A stretch of 51,508 bases of DNA from an uncultured Candidatus Saccharibacteria bacterium (GTDB lineage Bacteria; Patescibacteriota; Saccharimonadia; Saccharimonadales; EFPC-124). The position numbers were made by a program, and so were the translations under genes. The DNA lies in contig CAZPGP010000006.1 of the NCBI GenBank assembly GCA_964586395.1, forward strand, positions 1 through 51,508. The letters run 5' to 3'. Below, piece by piece: positions 9,397-17,486 of this stretch. A model generated the notes under the pieces. That model saw only the letters and a list, made by a program, of their open reading frames with translations, was not told where the DNA came from and did no database searches. Every line of letters starts with the position of its first letter. The first letter of the stretch is position 1.

Positions 9397-9981
9397 TCAC
9401 CGAGTGGGCAGCAGGCAGGTTGCCAGGCTGCTGATGCGGCCACCTGGTACCGAGTCCCGGCGAATTTCATCCGGGCTCACGAACTGGATCTTGGGCGACG
9501 CCTTGAGCTTGGCCAGCACCGCAGCGGGCAGACCGATGTCGAAGATCTCGACCAGGTACAGAGTGTCCTGGACCGCGACGCCGCTGGGGCTTTGACCACG
9601 GTGCTGGACACGTCCCCTGAGTCGCTGGGTCAGGTGCCTGGCTTCGGCCGACGTCAGAACGTGGCTCCGGTCGATGAGCTGTTCGAACAGGGAGCGCAGC
9701 ACTCCGGTCTCCCGGAGCTGACGCGTTCCGAACCAGGTGACGACGTTGTCGACTCGAGCCACAGGCACAGTGAACCGAAGGTCGGATCGGCCCTCGGGCT
9801 GTGCCGCTCCGCAGTGCGTGGCCAGATAGTCCCAGCCGGTGGTGCTTTGGAGCGACCCGCCAAGTGGTCGCAGGAAGGTCTGGCCTTCTTTGGTCGTGAC
9901 GTAGAGCGCCAGGTTGCCTGCATCGTCCTTGATGCCGGCGAGCCCGGCGCAACTTACTCGGATTCTCGTGCCCGTACCCAT
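9397..9981 (-). CDS. GC-rich orphan protein A1 (paralog of 10173-10799; Nudix-fold-like N-terminus with a degenerate Nudix box)
   Basis: Start moved to ATG 9981, preceded by GGAGGTGG and a TTGTCA-16-TATAAT promoter. Third codon positions are almost all G/C. Shares the blocks RVSCxG, PxGGxL, LRFxVP, NVVxWFxTR, TLYLxE and DEIR with A2. Confidence 0.55.
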   Translation of the reverse strand: MGTGTRIRVSCAGLAGIKDDAGNLALYVTTKEGQTFLRPLGGSLQSTTGWDYLATHCGAAQPEGRSDLRFTVPVARVDNVVTWFGTRQLRETGVLRSLFEQLIDRSHVLTSAEARHLTQRLRGRVQHRGQSPSGVAVQDTLYLVEIFDIGLPAAVLAKLKASPKIQFVSPDEIRRDSVPGGRISSLATCLLPTR

Positions 9982-10030
9982 GATCAAGCCACCTCCGGTG
10001 GGGGAGTATTGCCAACAAGAACAAGGATTC

Positions 10031-10058
10031 ATTATATGTGTGTAACATTTTGTGACAA
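10031..10058 (-). promoter_or_regulatory. Sigma70-type promoter of cassette gene A1
   Basis: On the minus strand: TTGTCA (10058-10053), 16-nt spacer, TATAAT (10036-10031). Sits in a short AT-rich spacer between two GC-rich ORFs. Confidence 0.5.
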
Positions 10059-10172
10059 TCTTGAAATTATTGGGCGAAGTTGTCGGGTATAATATCTTGC
10101 GCGTTGAGTGGGGTCTCGCGCCAGATGGCGCCCGGCGAGTGGCTCGGGCACCATCTGGGCGGTGTGTTCTCG

Positions 10173-10799
10173 TCAACCTCTCGGGATCGTCTCGCTCGGA
10201 CGCAAGAGCGAAGCGGCGATGGGGTGGATGGGCGCGTCGTTGATCTCCAGCTTCTTGGCTCGGATCTCGTCAGCCGTGGCGAAACGGAAGTGCGACCGCC
10301 GTGCCACGGACTGCTGTCGCAACACGCGCATCGCCGCAGCCGGCACGGTGACCACGTACAGCTCGATCAAGTACAGCGTGTTGCGCTCATGCACGTTGGT
10401 GCGGAAGGTCTTGCCCGTTCCGCGTGCGAAGCCGGCGAAGCGATCGGTGATGCTGGCCGCCTGGGCGCGAGTGAGCACGCCGGTCTCCTCGAACAGCGCG
10501 TTCCGGAGTACTCGTCCGACTGATGTGTCGCGGTCCTCCCGCGTCTCGAACCAGTCGACGACGTTCGGAACCTGGGATGTCGGCACGGCGAACCGCAACG
10601 CAGCAGCCTGCTCGAAGGTGTCCGTTGGCGCGCCGAACTTCTGCATGAGCTTCGCCATCCCGCGGGCGCTCGCGTGGAGCGCGCCGCCGATCGGCATCAG
10701 GCCCATGTGTGACTCCATGTCGGTCAGTAGGCCGTAGCGCTTGCCATCCTTGAGAATGGCAAAGCCCGGACAGCTGACCCTTGTCATCATCGTTGACAT
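10173..10799 (-). CDS. GC-rich orphan protein A2 (paralog of A1)
   Basis: 208-aa ORF with ATG 10799 preceded by GGGGAG. High GC3. Contains PIGGAL and LFEETGVL, but the spacing does not fit a canonical Nudix box. Confidence 0.6.
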   Translation of the reverse strand: MSTMMTRVSCPGFAILKDGKRYGLLTDMESHMGLMPIGGALHASARGMAKLMQKFGAPTDTFEQAAALRFAVPTSQVPNVVDWFETREDRDTSVGRVLRNALFEETGVLTRAQAASITDRFAGFARGTGKTFRTNVHERNTLYLIELYVVTVPAAAMRVLRQQSVARRSHFRFATADEIRAKKLEINDAPIHPIAASLLRPSETIPRG

Positions 10800-10836
10800 T
10801 CTAACTCCCCGTTGATGGGCTACAGAACAAAAGGCT

Positions 10837-10864
10837 ATTATAATCAGTTATATCAATCTGGCAA
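10837..10864 (-). promoter_or_regulatory. Sigma70-type promoter of cassette gene A2
   Basis: On the minus strand: TTGCCA (10864-10859), 16-nt spacer, TATAAT (10842-10837). Confidence 0.5.
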
Positions 10865-10911
10865 CAGGGTTAGTCTGATATGATAAATAGAGAAGAAACT
10901 TTAGGAGCCGT

Positions 10912-11466
10912 ATGTTCGACACAAATCCATTTGCAGATAAGATGAATCAAGCCTTTGCGCACTTTGAGGAAGACCTCAAAAAGATCCGCACCGGTCGCGC
11001 TCACCCTGGCATGCTAGAGGGGGTAACGGTGGAAGCATACGGCAGCAAGATGCCGCTAAACCAGGTCGCCAACATCGTGGCGCCTGAGCCTCAGCTGCTG
11101 CAGGTGACTCCTTTTGACCCAAGCACGCTGAAGAACGTTGTCGCCGCCATCCGCGACGATCAGAGCCTTGGCTTCAACCCGAGCGACGACGGCCGAATTG
11201 TGCGAATTCCTGTGCCGCCTCTAACCACTGAGCGTCGTCAGCAGATCGCCAAGCAGCTCGGCGAGAAGGTAGAGGACTGCCGCATCGCTCTGCGCAATGT
11301 GCGCCATGATGCCCTCAAAGCTGCCAAGAAAGCCAAGGACGACAAGGCGATTGCCGAGAACGAAGTCCAGCGCGTCGAGCGAGTTGTCGATGACCTCATG
11401 AAGGACATGCAGGGCAAACTCGAAGCTGCAGCCAAGGCCAAAGAAACGGAAATCATGACGATCTAG
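10912..11466 (+). CDS. frr: Ribosome recycling factor
   Basis: 184 aa. Contains LKKIRTGRAHPGMLEGVTVEAYG, PPLTTERRQ and RNVRHDA. Confidence 0.95.
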   Translation: MFDTNPFADKMNQAFAHFEEDLKKIRTGRAHPGMLEGVTVEAYGSKMPLNQVANIVAPEPQLLQVTPFDPSTLKNVVAAIRDDQSLGFNPSDDGRIVRIPVPPLTTERRQQIAKQLGEKVEDCRIALRNVRHDALKAAKKAKDDKAIAENEVQRVERVVDDLMKDMQGKLEAAAKAKETEIMTI

Positions 11467-11494
11467 CGCCAACAAAGCGCTATAATGAACTGCC

Positions 11495-12199
11495 ATGCAC
11501 CAAGAATCTCCTGACATCTTGCCAACGCACATCGGTTTTATCATTGATGGAAACCGCCGGTGGGCCAAGCAGCACGGTCTGCCAAGTTACGAAGGCCACC
11601 TTGCGGGGTACAACGCCCTCAAGGATGTGCTGTACGAAACCTTTGATCGGGGCGTGAAGTATGCGTCTGTCTACGCGTTCTCGACCGAGAATTGGAAGCG
11701 CGCAGAAGAGGAAGTGGGCTACCTCATGAAGCTAACCCTCCGCATGGTCAAGACCGACCTGCACGAGTTCATCGAGCGTGGCATTCGTTTTAAACACCTC
11801 GGCTCTAAGGCTGACCTACCCGAGAAGGTCGCCAAGGCCTTTGAAGAAGCCGAGGAAAAAACCAAAGACCTGACCAAAGGTACAGTCTGCGCTTGCTTTA
11901 ATTACGGCGGTCAGCGTGAGATCGTCGAAGCCACCAAGAGATGCATCGAGGATGGCCTCAGCCCAGATGAAGTAAACGAAGAAGCGATCACGGCCCGGCT
12001 CTACGCGCCCGAGGTTCCGCCCGTTGATATGATGGTTCGTACCTCTGGCGAGCAGCGTATCAGCAATTTCATGCTGTGGCGTATTGCGTACAGTGAATTA
12101 CTGTTCTTGGACAAATTCTGGCCAGCCATGACAAAGGAAGACGTAACCGGTATCATAGAAGAATACGGCAGACGTAACCGCCGATTCGGAGGCAACTAG
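11495..12199 (+). CDS. uppS: Undecaprenyl-diphosphate synthase (cis-prenyltransferase)
   Basis: Contains HIGFIIDGNRRWA, YAFSTENWKR, RTSGEQRISNFMLW and a C-terminal RRFGG. Confidence 0.9.
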   Translation: MHQESPDILPTHIGFIIDGNRRWAKQHGLPSYEGHLAGYNALKDVLYETFDRGVKYASVYAFSTENWKRAEEEVGYLMKLTLRMVKTDLHEFIERGIRFKHLGSKADLPEKVAKAFEEAEEKTKDLTKGTVCACFNYGGQREIVEATKRCIEDGLSPDEVNEEAITARLYAPEVPPVDMMVRTSGEQRISNFMLWRIAYSELLFLDKFWPAMTKEDVTGIIEEYGRRNRRFGGN

Positions 12200-12203
12200 A
12201 ATT

Positions 12204-13298
12204 TTGGGAACACTGTATTTCATCATCGGGATCATTTTATTCGTGCTATTGGTTGTGATCCACGAGCTGGGTCACGCTATTGTCGCACGTCGTAATGGGG
12301 TAGTTGTCGAGGAGTTCGGCATTGGCTTCCCGCCACGCGCCTGGAAGAAGAAGCTTAAGAACGGCACGCTATTCACGCTTAACTGGCTGCCACTGGGTGG
12401 ATTCGTTAGGCTGAAGGGCGAGCACGATTCGGCAGATGGCCCTGGTACATACGGTGGCGCAACTATGTGGGTGAAGACCAAAATCCTGCTGGCTGGTGTG
12501 GTCATGAACTGGCTGACCGCTGTTGTTATCTTTACGATTTTGGCATTGACCGGTCTTCCGCAGCTTGTCCCGAACCAGTTTTCTGTGGCCGGTGACACGA
12601 AGGTTTCGACCGAAAACGTCTACGCCGCCGGAGTTGCAGCTGGGTCGCCAGCCGCAAAAGCAGGCATTGTTCATCGAGACTCGATCTTGGCGGCAAATGG
12701 CAAAGAGATTACTGGCGCTCAACAATTGGTCGATTTCACCGCTGCAAACGCAGGCAAAGAAGTGACGTTGACTGTTAAGCACGATGGTCAACAGCGCGAC
12801 GTAAAATTCACGTTGAACAAAGAACGAACTGCGAGCCAAGGCTACGCCGGCATCAGCCCGTTCGAACAGACCACGAGCACCTCAACATGGTCCGCACCGG
12901 TTGTCGGCGTCGGTCTAACCGCGCAGCTGACTTGGGAGACACTGAAGGGGATTGGCACGACATTGTCGCAGTTGTTCCGTGCTGAGTTTGCGCAGGCTGG
13001 CCAGAACGTTGCCGGCCCCGTTGGTATCTTTAGTATCCTGTGGAGCAGTAGCGAGATTGGCTTCCAGCCAGTGCTGTTCTTGATCGGTATCATTTCGCTG
13101 ACACTCGCGGTAATGAACGTTCTGCCGATTCCCGCGCTGGACGGGGGTCGATTATTCGTGACACTGATCTTCCGCGCACTGAAAAAGCCGCTCACCAAGG
13201 AGCGTGAAGAATCTATCCAAGCCGCTGGCTTCCTGGCGCTCATGGCGTTGGTTGTATTGATAACTGTGGTCGACGTCGGTCGCCTCACTGGCAAGTAG
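12204..13298 (+). CDS. M50 site-2 protease (RseP-like) with a PDZ domain
   Basis: HELGHA zinc motif in the first TM segment, a PDZ-like middle (GSPAAKAGIVHRDSILAANG), and NVLPIPALDGG. TTG start. Confidence 0.85.
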   Translation: MGTLYFIIGIILFVLLVVIHELGHAIVARRNGVVVEEFGIGFPPRAWKKKLKNGTLFTLNWLPLGGFVRLKGEHDSADGPGTYGGATMWVKTKILLAGVVMNWLTAVVIFTILALTGLPQLVPNQFSVAGDTKVSTENVYAAGVAAGSPAAKAGIVHRDSILAANGKEITGAQQLVDFTAANAGKEVTLTVKHDGQQRDVKFTLNKERTASQGYAGISPFEQTTSTSTWSAPVVGVGLTAQLTWETLKGIGTTLSQLFRAEFAQAGQNVAGPVGIFSILWSSSEIGFQPVLFLIGIISLTLAVMNVLPIPALDGGRLFVTLIFRALKKPLTKEREESIQAAGFLALMALVVLITVVDVGRLTGK

Positions 13299-14018
13299 AT
13301 GAGCGACGAGACCCACTCGAGCCGTCGGAAATCCCCCGAACCAAAAGAATGGGGGATTTTTGGCGCCACGGCGTGGGGGTTCGCGGCATTTTTCTTGCCG
13401 CAGTTCGCGCTCGTGCCGGTGCTCGGTGTTGTCGGGGCGCTGGCGTTGGATCAGAATGCCAAGATCTTTGTGCTGCAAGGTCTGACGCAGCTCATCACGC
13501 TGTGGGTGCTATGGCTTGTCATCACCAAGCTGTATCACAGCAAACTCTCTAAGATCGGCCTCGGCAAGTTCGACCCAGGGCTTTTGGGGTGGTCGGTTCT
13601 GGCGTTCCCGTTGTATTTGATTATCTCGACAGCGTTGTCCAACATATTCGCGGTGATGTTCAGTATCGACCTGACGGAGCATCAGGATATCGGCTATACC
13701 GACCCGAACGGGTATGAGTTGGCGCTGATATTTGTGGCGTTGGTTGTGTTGGCCCCGTTAGTTGAGGAAGTCTTGTTCCGGGGGTTTCTATTTACGGCCT
13801 TTCGGCGCACGTTTGGCTTTTGGGTTGGCGCGGTAGGGGTGAGTCTATTGTTCGCGGTGGCGCATGGACAGGCGAATGTGGGCATTGACGTTTTTGTGCT
13901 TAGTATGTTTCTCTGTTATTTGCGCGAAAAGACCGACAGTTTGTGGCCATCAGTCGCGCTGCATGCACTGAAAAATTTGGTAGCATTTATAGTTCTGTTT
14001 ATAATGAAAGTCAATTAG
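13299..14018 (+). CDS. CPBP-family (CAAX) intramembrane metalloprotease
   Basis: Multi-TM protein with EEVLFRG, FAVAHG and HALKN motifs. Confidence 0.75.
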   Translation: MSDETHSSRRKSPEPKEWGIFGATAWGFAAFFLPQFALVPVLGVVGALALDQNAKIFVLQGLTQLITLWVLWLVITKLYHSKLSKIGLGKFDPGLLGWSVLAFPLYLIISTALSNIFAVMFSIDLTEHQDIGYTDPNGYELALIFVALVVLAPLVEEVLFRGFLFTAFRRTFGFWVGAVGVSLLFAVAHGQANVGIDVFVLSMFLCYLREKTDSLWPSVALHALKNLVAFIVLFIMKVN

Positions 14019-14139
14019 GACCTCTGACGATGGTATTTTACACAGCCCAACCAGTCATGCACACGCCCGTTCCGGCTTGCCGGCCGTAATTTTTATACCC
14101 CAGATTTCGTACATGACATTTTAAGGAAGAGGATACTCA

Positions 14140-15384
14140 ATGAAAGTTTCACAACTGTTTACTAAGACCCGCAAGCAAGCGCCTGCGGATGAAACCGCCA
14201 AAAACGCCCAGCTGCTAATCCGCGCTGGCTTCGTCTACAAAGTAATGGCTGGCGTATACGCCTACACGCCACTTGGCCTTCGCGTTCTCGAGAACATCAA
14301 GCAGATTGTCCGCGAAGAGATGAACGCTGTGAATGGCCAAGAGCTAATCATGACTAACCTGCAACGCAAAGAAACATGGGAGACAACAACTCGTTGGGGC
14401 GACGACATCGTAGACGTGTGGTTTAAGACCAAACTCAAAGATGAAACAGAAGTCGGCCTAGCCTGGTCACACGAAGAAGCGATCATGGAAATGATGCAGC
14501 AGTACGTCGAGAGCTACAAAGACCTGCCAACCAGCGTCTATCAGTTCCAGACCAAACTTCGCAACGAGCTTCGCGCCAAAAGTGGCATTATGCGCGGCCG
14601 CGAATTTGTCATGAAGGACATGTATTCACTACACAATACCAGTGAAGACCTCGACGAATACTACGAGAAGGTTAAGCAGGCATACCTCCGCGTTTACGAC
14701 CGTCTTGGCCTAGGCGAGGACACTTACGTTACCTTTGCCAGCGGTGGCGCATTTACCAAATTCAGTCACGAATTCCAGACCATCTGTGAAGCCGGCGAGG
14801 ACATTCTGTATTTGCATCGCGAGAAGAAGATTGCTGTGAACGAGGAAGTCCTGGATGACGCCGTTGCAGAGTTAGGTATCGACAAAAGCGAACTCGAGAA
14901 GGTAAAGAGCGCCGAGGTCGGTAACATTTTCAACTTCGGAACCGAAAAATCAGAGCAAATGGGCATCTACGTAACGGGGGCAGATGGCAAGGAACAGCCA
15001 ATCTATCTGGCGAGTTACGGCATTGGCATTACCCGCGTCATGGGCGTAATAGTGGAGAAGTTTGCCGACGAGCATGGTATTGTGTGGCCAGACAACGTCG
15101 CACCTTACAAGCTATATCTCGTACGAATCGGTCAGAGCGACGAAGTTGTCGCTGAGGCTGACAAGTTGTACAAAACCCTTCGTGACAAGGGAATCGAAGT
15201 CCTGTATGACGACCGCGACGCTCGCCCTGGCGAGAAGTTCGCCGACGCCGATTTGATCGGCATCCCACATCGTGTGGTGGTCAGCGAAAAGACCATTGCT
15301 GCTGGTAAGCTGGAGTACAAGGCACGGGCCCAAGCCACCTCTGAGTCTATAGAGGTCGACACATTACTTGCCAAATTAGTTTAG
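14140..15384 (+). CDS. proS: Prolyl-tRNA synthetase (short form without the editing insertion)
   Basis: N-terminus KVSQLFTKTRKQAPADE..AQLLIRAGF, class II core FRNELRAKSGIMRGREF, and a C-terminal anticodon-binding domain. 414 aa. Confidence 0.85.
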   Translation: MKVSQLFTKTRKQAPADETAKNAQLLIRAGFVYKVMAGVYAYTPLGLRVLENIKQIVREEMNAVNGQELIMTNLQRKETWETTTRWGDDIVDVWFKTKLKDETEVGLAWSHEEAIMEMMQQYVESYKDLPTSVYQFQTKLRNELRAKSGIMRGREFVMKDMYSLHNTSEDLDEYYEKVKQAYLRVYDRLGLGEDTYVTFASGGAFTKFSHEFQTICEAGEDILYLHREKKIAVNEEVLDDAVAELGIDKSELEKVKSAEVGNIFNFGTEKSEQMGIYVTGADGKEQPIYLASYGIGITRVMGVIVEKFADEHGIVWPDNVAPYKLYLVRIGQSDEVVAEADKLYKTLRDKGIEVLYDDRDARPGEKFADADLIGIPHRVVVSEKTIAAGKLEYKARAQATSESIEVDTLLAKLV

Positions 15385-15513
15385 ACTGCTATACTGTAGC
15401 GTACGAACGGACACGGTGGTAGCCGAGGCCAGTTTATAAGACTGCTACACGGGTTCGTACGCTCCAAGGAATAGCATTCCCCAAATTGTAATGAGTGAGG
15501 AGAGGGAAGAATT

Positions 15514-15972
15514 ATGAAGAAAGTGTATCAGCTGACACCAGCTGGCAAATTAGAACTAGAAAAAGAACTCAACGAGCTCAAGTCTCAGCGCAGCGACATC
15601 GCGCAGAAAATTGCTGATGCGCGCGACTACGGTGACCTGAGCGAAAACGCTGAGTACGACTCTGCACGCGCCGAACAGGGGCAGCTCGAGACTCGTATCT
15701 CTGAGATCGAGGAAATCCTGCAGAACGCAAGCATCATCGAACACACCAAGACCTCTAAGGTGACTCTTGGCGTGACCGTTGTGCTGAAGAGCGACAAGGG
15801 CAAGACGGTGAGCTATGCTATCGTTGGCTCTGTTGAAGCTGACCCGCTCGAGGGTAAGATCTCTGATGAATCACCAATTGGTCAGGCTCTCCTGAACAAG
15901 AAGGTCGGCGACACTGCCACCATCAAGACTCCACGCGGTGAAGTTGTTTACACCGTCGAAGAGATCAAGTAG
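15514..15972 (+). CDS. greA: Transcription elongation factor GreA
   Basis: N-terminal coiled coil with DLSENAEYDSAR, and a C-terminal Gre domain (ISDESPIGQALLNKKVGD). Confidence 0.9.
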   Translation: MKKVYQLTPAGKLELEKELNELKSQRSDIAQKIADARDYGDLSENAEYDSARAEQGQLETRISEIEEILQNASIIEHTKTSKVTLGVTVVLKSDKGKTVSYAIVGSVEADPLEGKISDESPIGQALLNKKVGDTATIKTPRGEVVYTVEEIK

Positions 15973-15991
15973 CAAGTTCCCTCAATCACAC

Positions 15992-16020
15992 AAAAAGTCC
16001 GGCGCTGTGCCGGACTTTTT
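15992..16020. terminator. Intrinsic (bidirectional-looking) terminator after greA
   Basis: AAAAAGTCCGGC-gctgt-GCCGGACTTTTT, a perfect stem flanked by A5 and T5. Confidence 0.7.
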
Positions 16021-16032
16021 GTGCTGTGAGTG

Positions 16033-16041
16033 TATAAGTTC
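16033..16041 (+). repeat. Cassette junction motif TATAAGTTC (exact)
   Basis: Lies between the greA terminator and the hairpin of cassette gene B1. Confidence 0.6.
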
Positions 16042-16052
16042 TGTGCGGTGAT

Positions 16053-16084
16053 CCGCCGCCTGCGATGGTGGTCGCAGGGGCGGG
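16053..16084 (-). terminator. GC-rich hairpin downstream of cassette gene B1
   Basis: CCGCCGCCTGCGA-tggtgg-TCGCAGGGGCGG (one bulge). No U-tract. Confidence 0.45.
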
Positions 16085-16132
16085 TCGCCGACATCGTGTT
16101 AGGGGTCTCGTCCCGGTGCCGCCAGTGACAGC

Positions 16133-16639
16133 CTAGGCCGTCACGTACCGGTACCCGAACGCGTTCGGGCTGGTGAGTCGCAGCGCGGCCGGGATGGCGA
16201 CGAAGCCGAAGGCCAGGAGGGACTCCAGGACGGAACTGATGCTGATCTTCTGGACGATGAGCAGGCCCACGGTGGTGGTACTGGCCATGGCCACGATCAC
16301 TGCGATCGTCGTCAGCTTGCCCGAGCGACCAGTCCTCGCCATCGGCCGCTTCGCGAAGCTGGTGATGATGATCGCGAGCATGCTGACGATGAACGTCGCC
16401 AGCGCGATCACCGCGACCATGCCGAGGTTTTCCCAGCGCATGTAGTCCTTGATACCGATGAAGCCGAGCACCTCCCGCGTGCCAACGGGGTAGTGGGCGC
16501 CGAAGAAGTTCACGGCCTGGAAGTACGCGAGGGTCATGCCGATGGAGAAGGCGGTCGCCGTAATGGCGTCTGCGATCGCGGCGCGGATTTCACCGTTGTC
16601 GGAGTTGTACTGGCCGCGGATGATGTTGGGGATTCGCAC
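16133..16639 (-). CDS. GC-rich 4-TM membrane protein B1 (orphan)
   Basis: 168 aa. GTG start preceded by AGGAG. Four hydrophobic segments and high GC3. C-terminal NAFGYRYV resembles APIGYRRLGF of B2. Confidence 0.55.
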   Translation of the reverse strand: MRIPNIIRGQYNSDNGEIRAAIADAITATAFSIGMTLAYFQAVNFFGAHYPVGTREVLGFIGIKDYMRWENLGMVAVIALATFIVSMLAIIITSFAKRPMARTGRSGKLTTIAVIVAMASTTTVGLLIVQKISISSVLESLLAFGFVAIPAALRLTSPNAFGYRYVTA

Positions 16640-16699
16640 GGAGCGCTCCTGTGATGTCGGGTTCGGGGCGGGTGTTAGCTGCCCTAGTTGAACTTGAAT

Positions 16700-16728
16700 A
16701 TATTAGCATAAAAGGTTTAAAATGTCAA
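16700..16728 (-). promoter_or_regulatory. Near-consensus sigma70 promoter of cassette gene B1
   Basis: On the minus strand: TTGACA (16728-16723), 17-nt spacer, TAATAT (16705-16700). Confidence 0.6.
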
Positions 16729-16779
16729 TATCTTATAACCACCTTCACCCCTGTTGTGAAGTCGGGAAATAGGGTAATC

Positions 16780-16788
16780 TATAAGTTC
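16780..16788 (+). repeat. Cassette junction motif TATAAGTTC (exact)
   Basis: Lies between the B1 promoter region and the hairpin of cassette gene B2. Confidence 0.6.
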
Positions 16789-16795
16789 TTGTCAG

Positions 16796-16834
16796 GCTGG
16801 CCCGCCACCGTCAGATCGACGGGGCGGGGCCAGC
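16796..16834 (-). terminator. GC-rich hairpin downstream of cassette gene B2
   Basis: GCTGGCCCGCC...GGCGGGGCCAGC (one bulge), 22 nt past the stop at 16856. Confidence 0.45.
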
Positions 16835-16855
16835 GCTGAGTTCATCTTGCTCGGG

Positions 16856-17344
16856 TCACTTCGAATTGGTGAAGCGGATGAACCCGAGTCGCCGGTAGCC
16901 GATCGGCGCCGCGGCCAGACCGAAGGCACCGAACGCCTGGAGGAGCTTGATCGGGTCGAAGCCGTACGGGTAGGACGGCAGGGCGACCAGCTCGCGGATG
17001 CTGCCCATGATCCAGATGACGACCGTTGCCGCCAGCATCACCAGTATGGTGCGCCAGACGGTCCGGAACATCGAGCGGATCAGGCGAGGCTCGGATCGGA
17101 GCAGCACGCTGTTGGCCATGCTGGCCAGGCCGACCATGGCCGCGACGACTGCCTGTGTGGTCGCGACGTTCTCGAACTCCATGGGCATGAACCACCGGCC
17201 GCGGTCGCTCGCGTTGTAGAGCGCGAACGAGGCGATCAGAGTGATCATGCTGAGGACGAAGACCAGGACGGCGTCGATCAGCCCCACCAGGAGCGGGTTG
17301 TTGTATGTGGAAACCAGTCGAGCGAGACGTGTACGCGTGGTCAC
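16856..17344 (-). CDS. GC-rich 4-TM membrane protein B2 (orphan, same architecture as B1)
   Basis: 162 aa. GTG start preceded by GGGAGG. Four hydrophobic segments and high GC3. Several long shadow ORFs overlap it in other frames. Confidence 0.55.
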   Translation of the reverse strand: MTTRTRLARLVSTYNNPLLVGLIDAVLVFVLSMITLIASFALYNASDRGRWFMPMEFENVATTQAVVAAMVGLASMANSVLLRSEPRLIRSMFRTVWRTILVMLAATVVIWIMGSIRELVALPSYPYGFDPIKLLQAFGAFGLAAAPIGYRRLGFIRFTNSK

Positions 17345-17406
17345 GCGTGCCTCCCGGGTAGTGGTTGATGCAAAGCGGATGAAGCTCAGATTTGCTATTT
17401 TATAAC

Positions 17407-17435
17407 ATAATCATTATGAAGTCAATTAATGTCCA
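17407..17435 (-). promoter_or_regulatory. Sigma70-type promoter of cassette gene B2
   Basis: On the minus strand: TTGACT (17435-17430), 17-nt spacer, TAAAAT (17412-17407). Confidence 0.55.
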
Positions 17436-17486
17436 TCCGTTCACCTCTGGCAAGTTGGATCCAAATAGGGTAAAATATCCCCAGTT

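Noticed and set aside
9467-10737. Alternative long ORFs in island A (9467-10048 -, 9592-10092 +, 10080-10523 +, 10108-10737 +)
   Set aside because: They cross the AT-rich inter-cassette promoter or lack starts with an SD sequence. The chosen frames give two mutually similar proteins, which random frames would not.
16033-16084. Interpreting motif plus hairpin as ends of an IS200/IS605-type element or as integron attC sites
   Set aside because: The hairpins all differ in sequence and in distance from the motif (6-38 nt). No tnpA/tnpB or intI is present. The units carry their own promoters and are dispersed rather than arrayed behind an attI. No GTTRRRY core is present.
16847-17368. Alternative ORFs in island B (16847-17368 +, 16842-17195 -, 16173-16445 +)
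   Set aside because: Their products are Arg/Asp/Gly-rich without structure. The chosen - strand frames encode clean 4-TM proteins with SD sequences and promoters.
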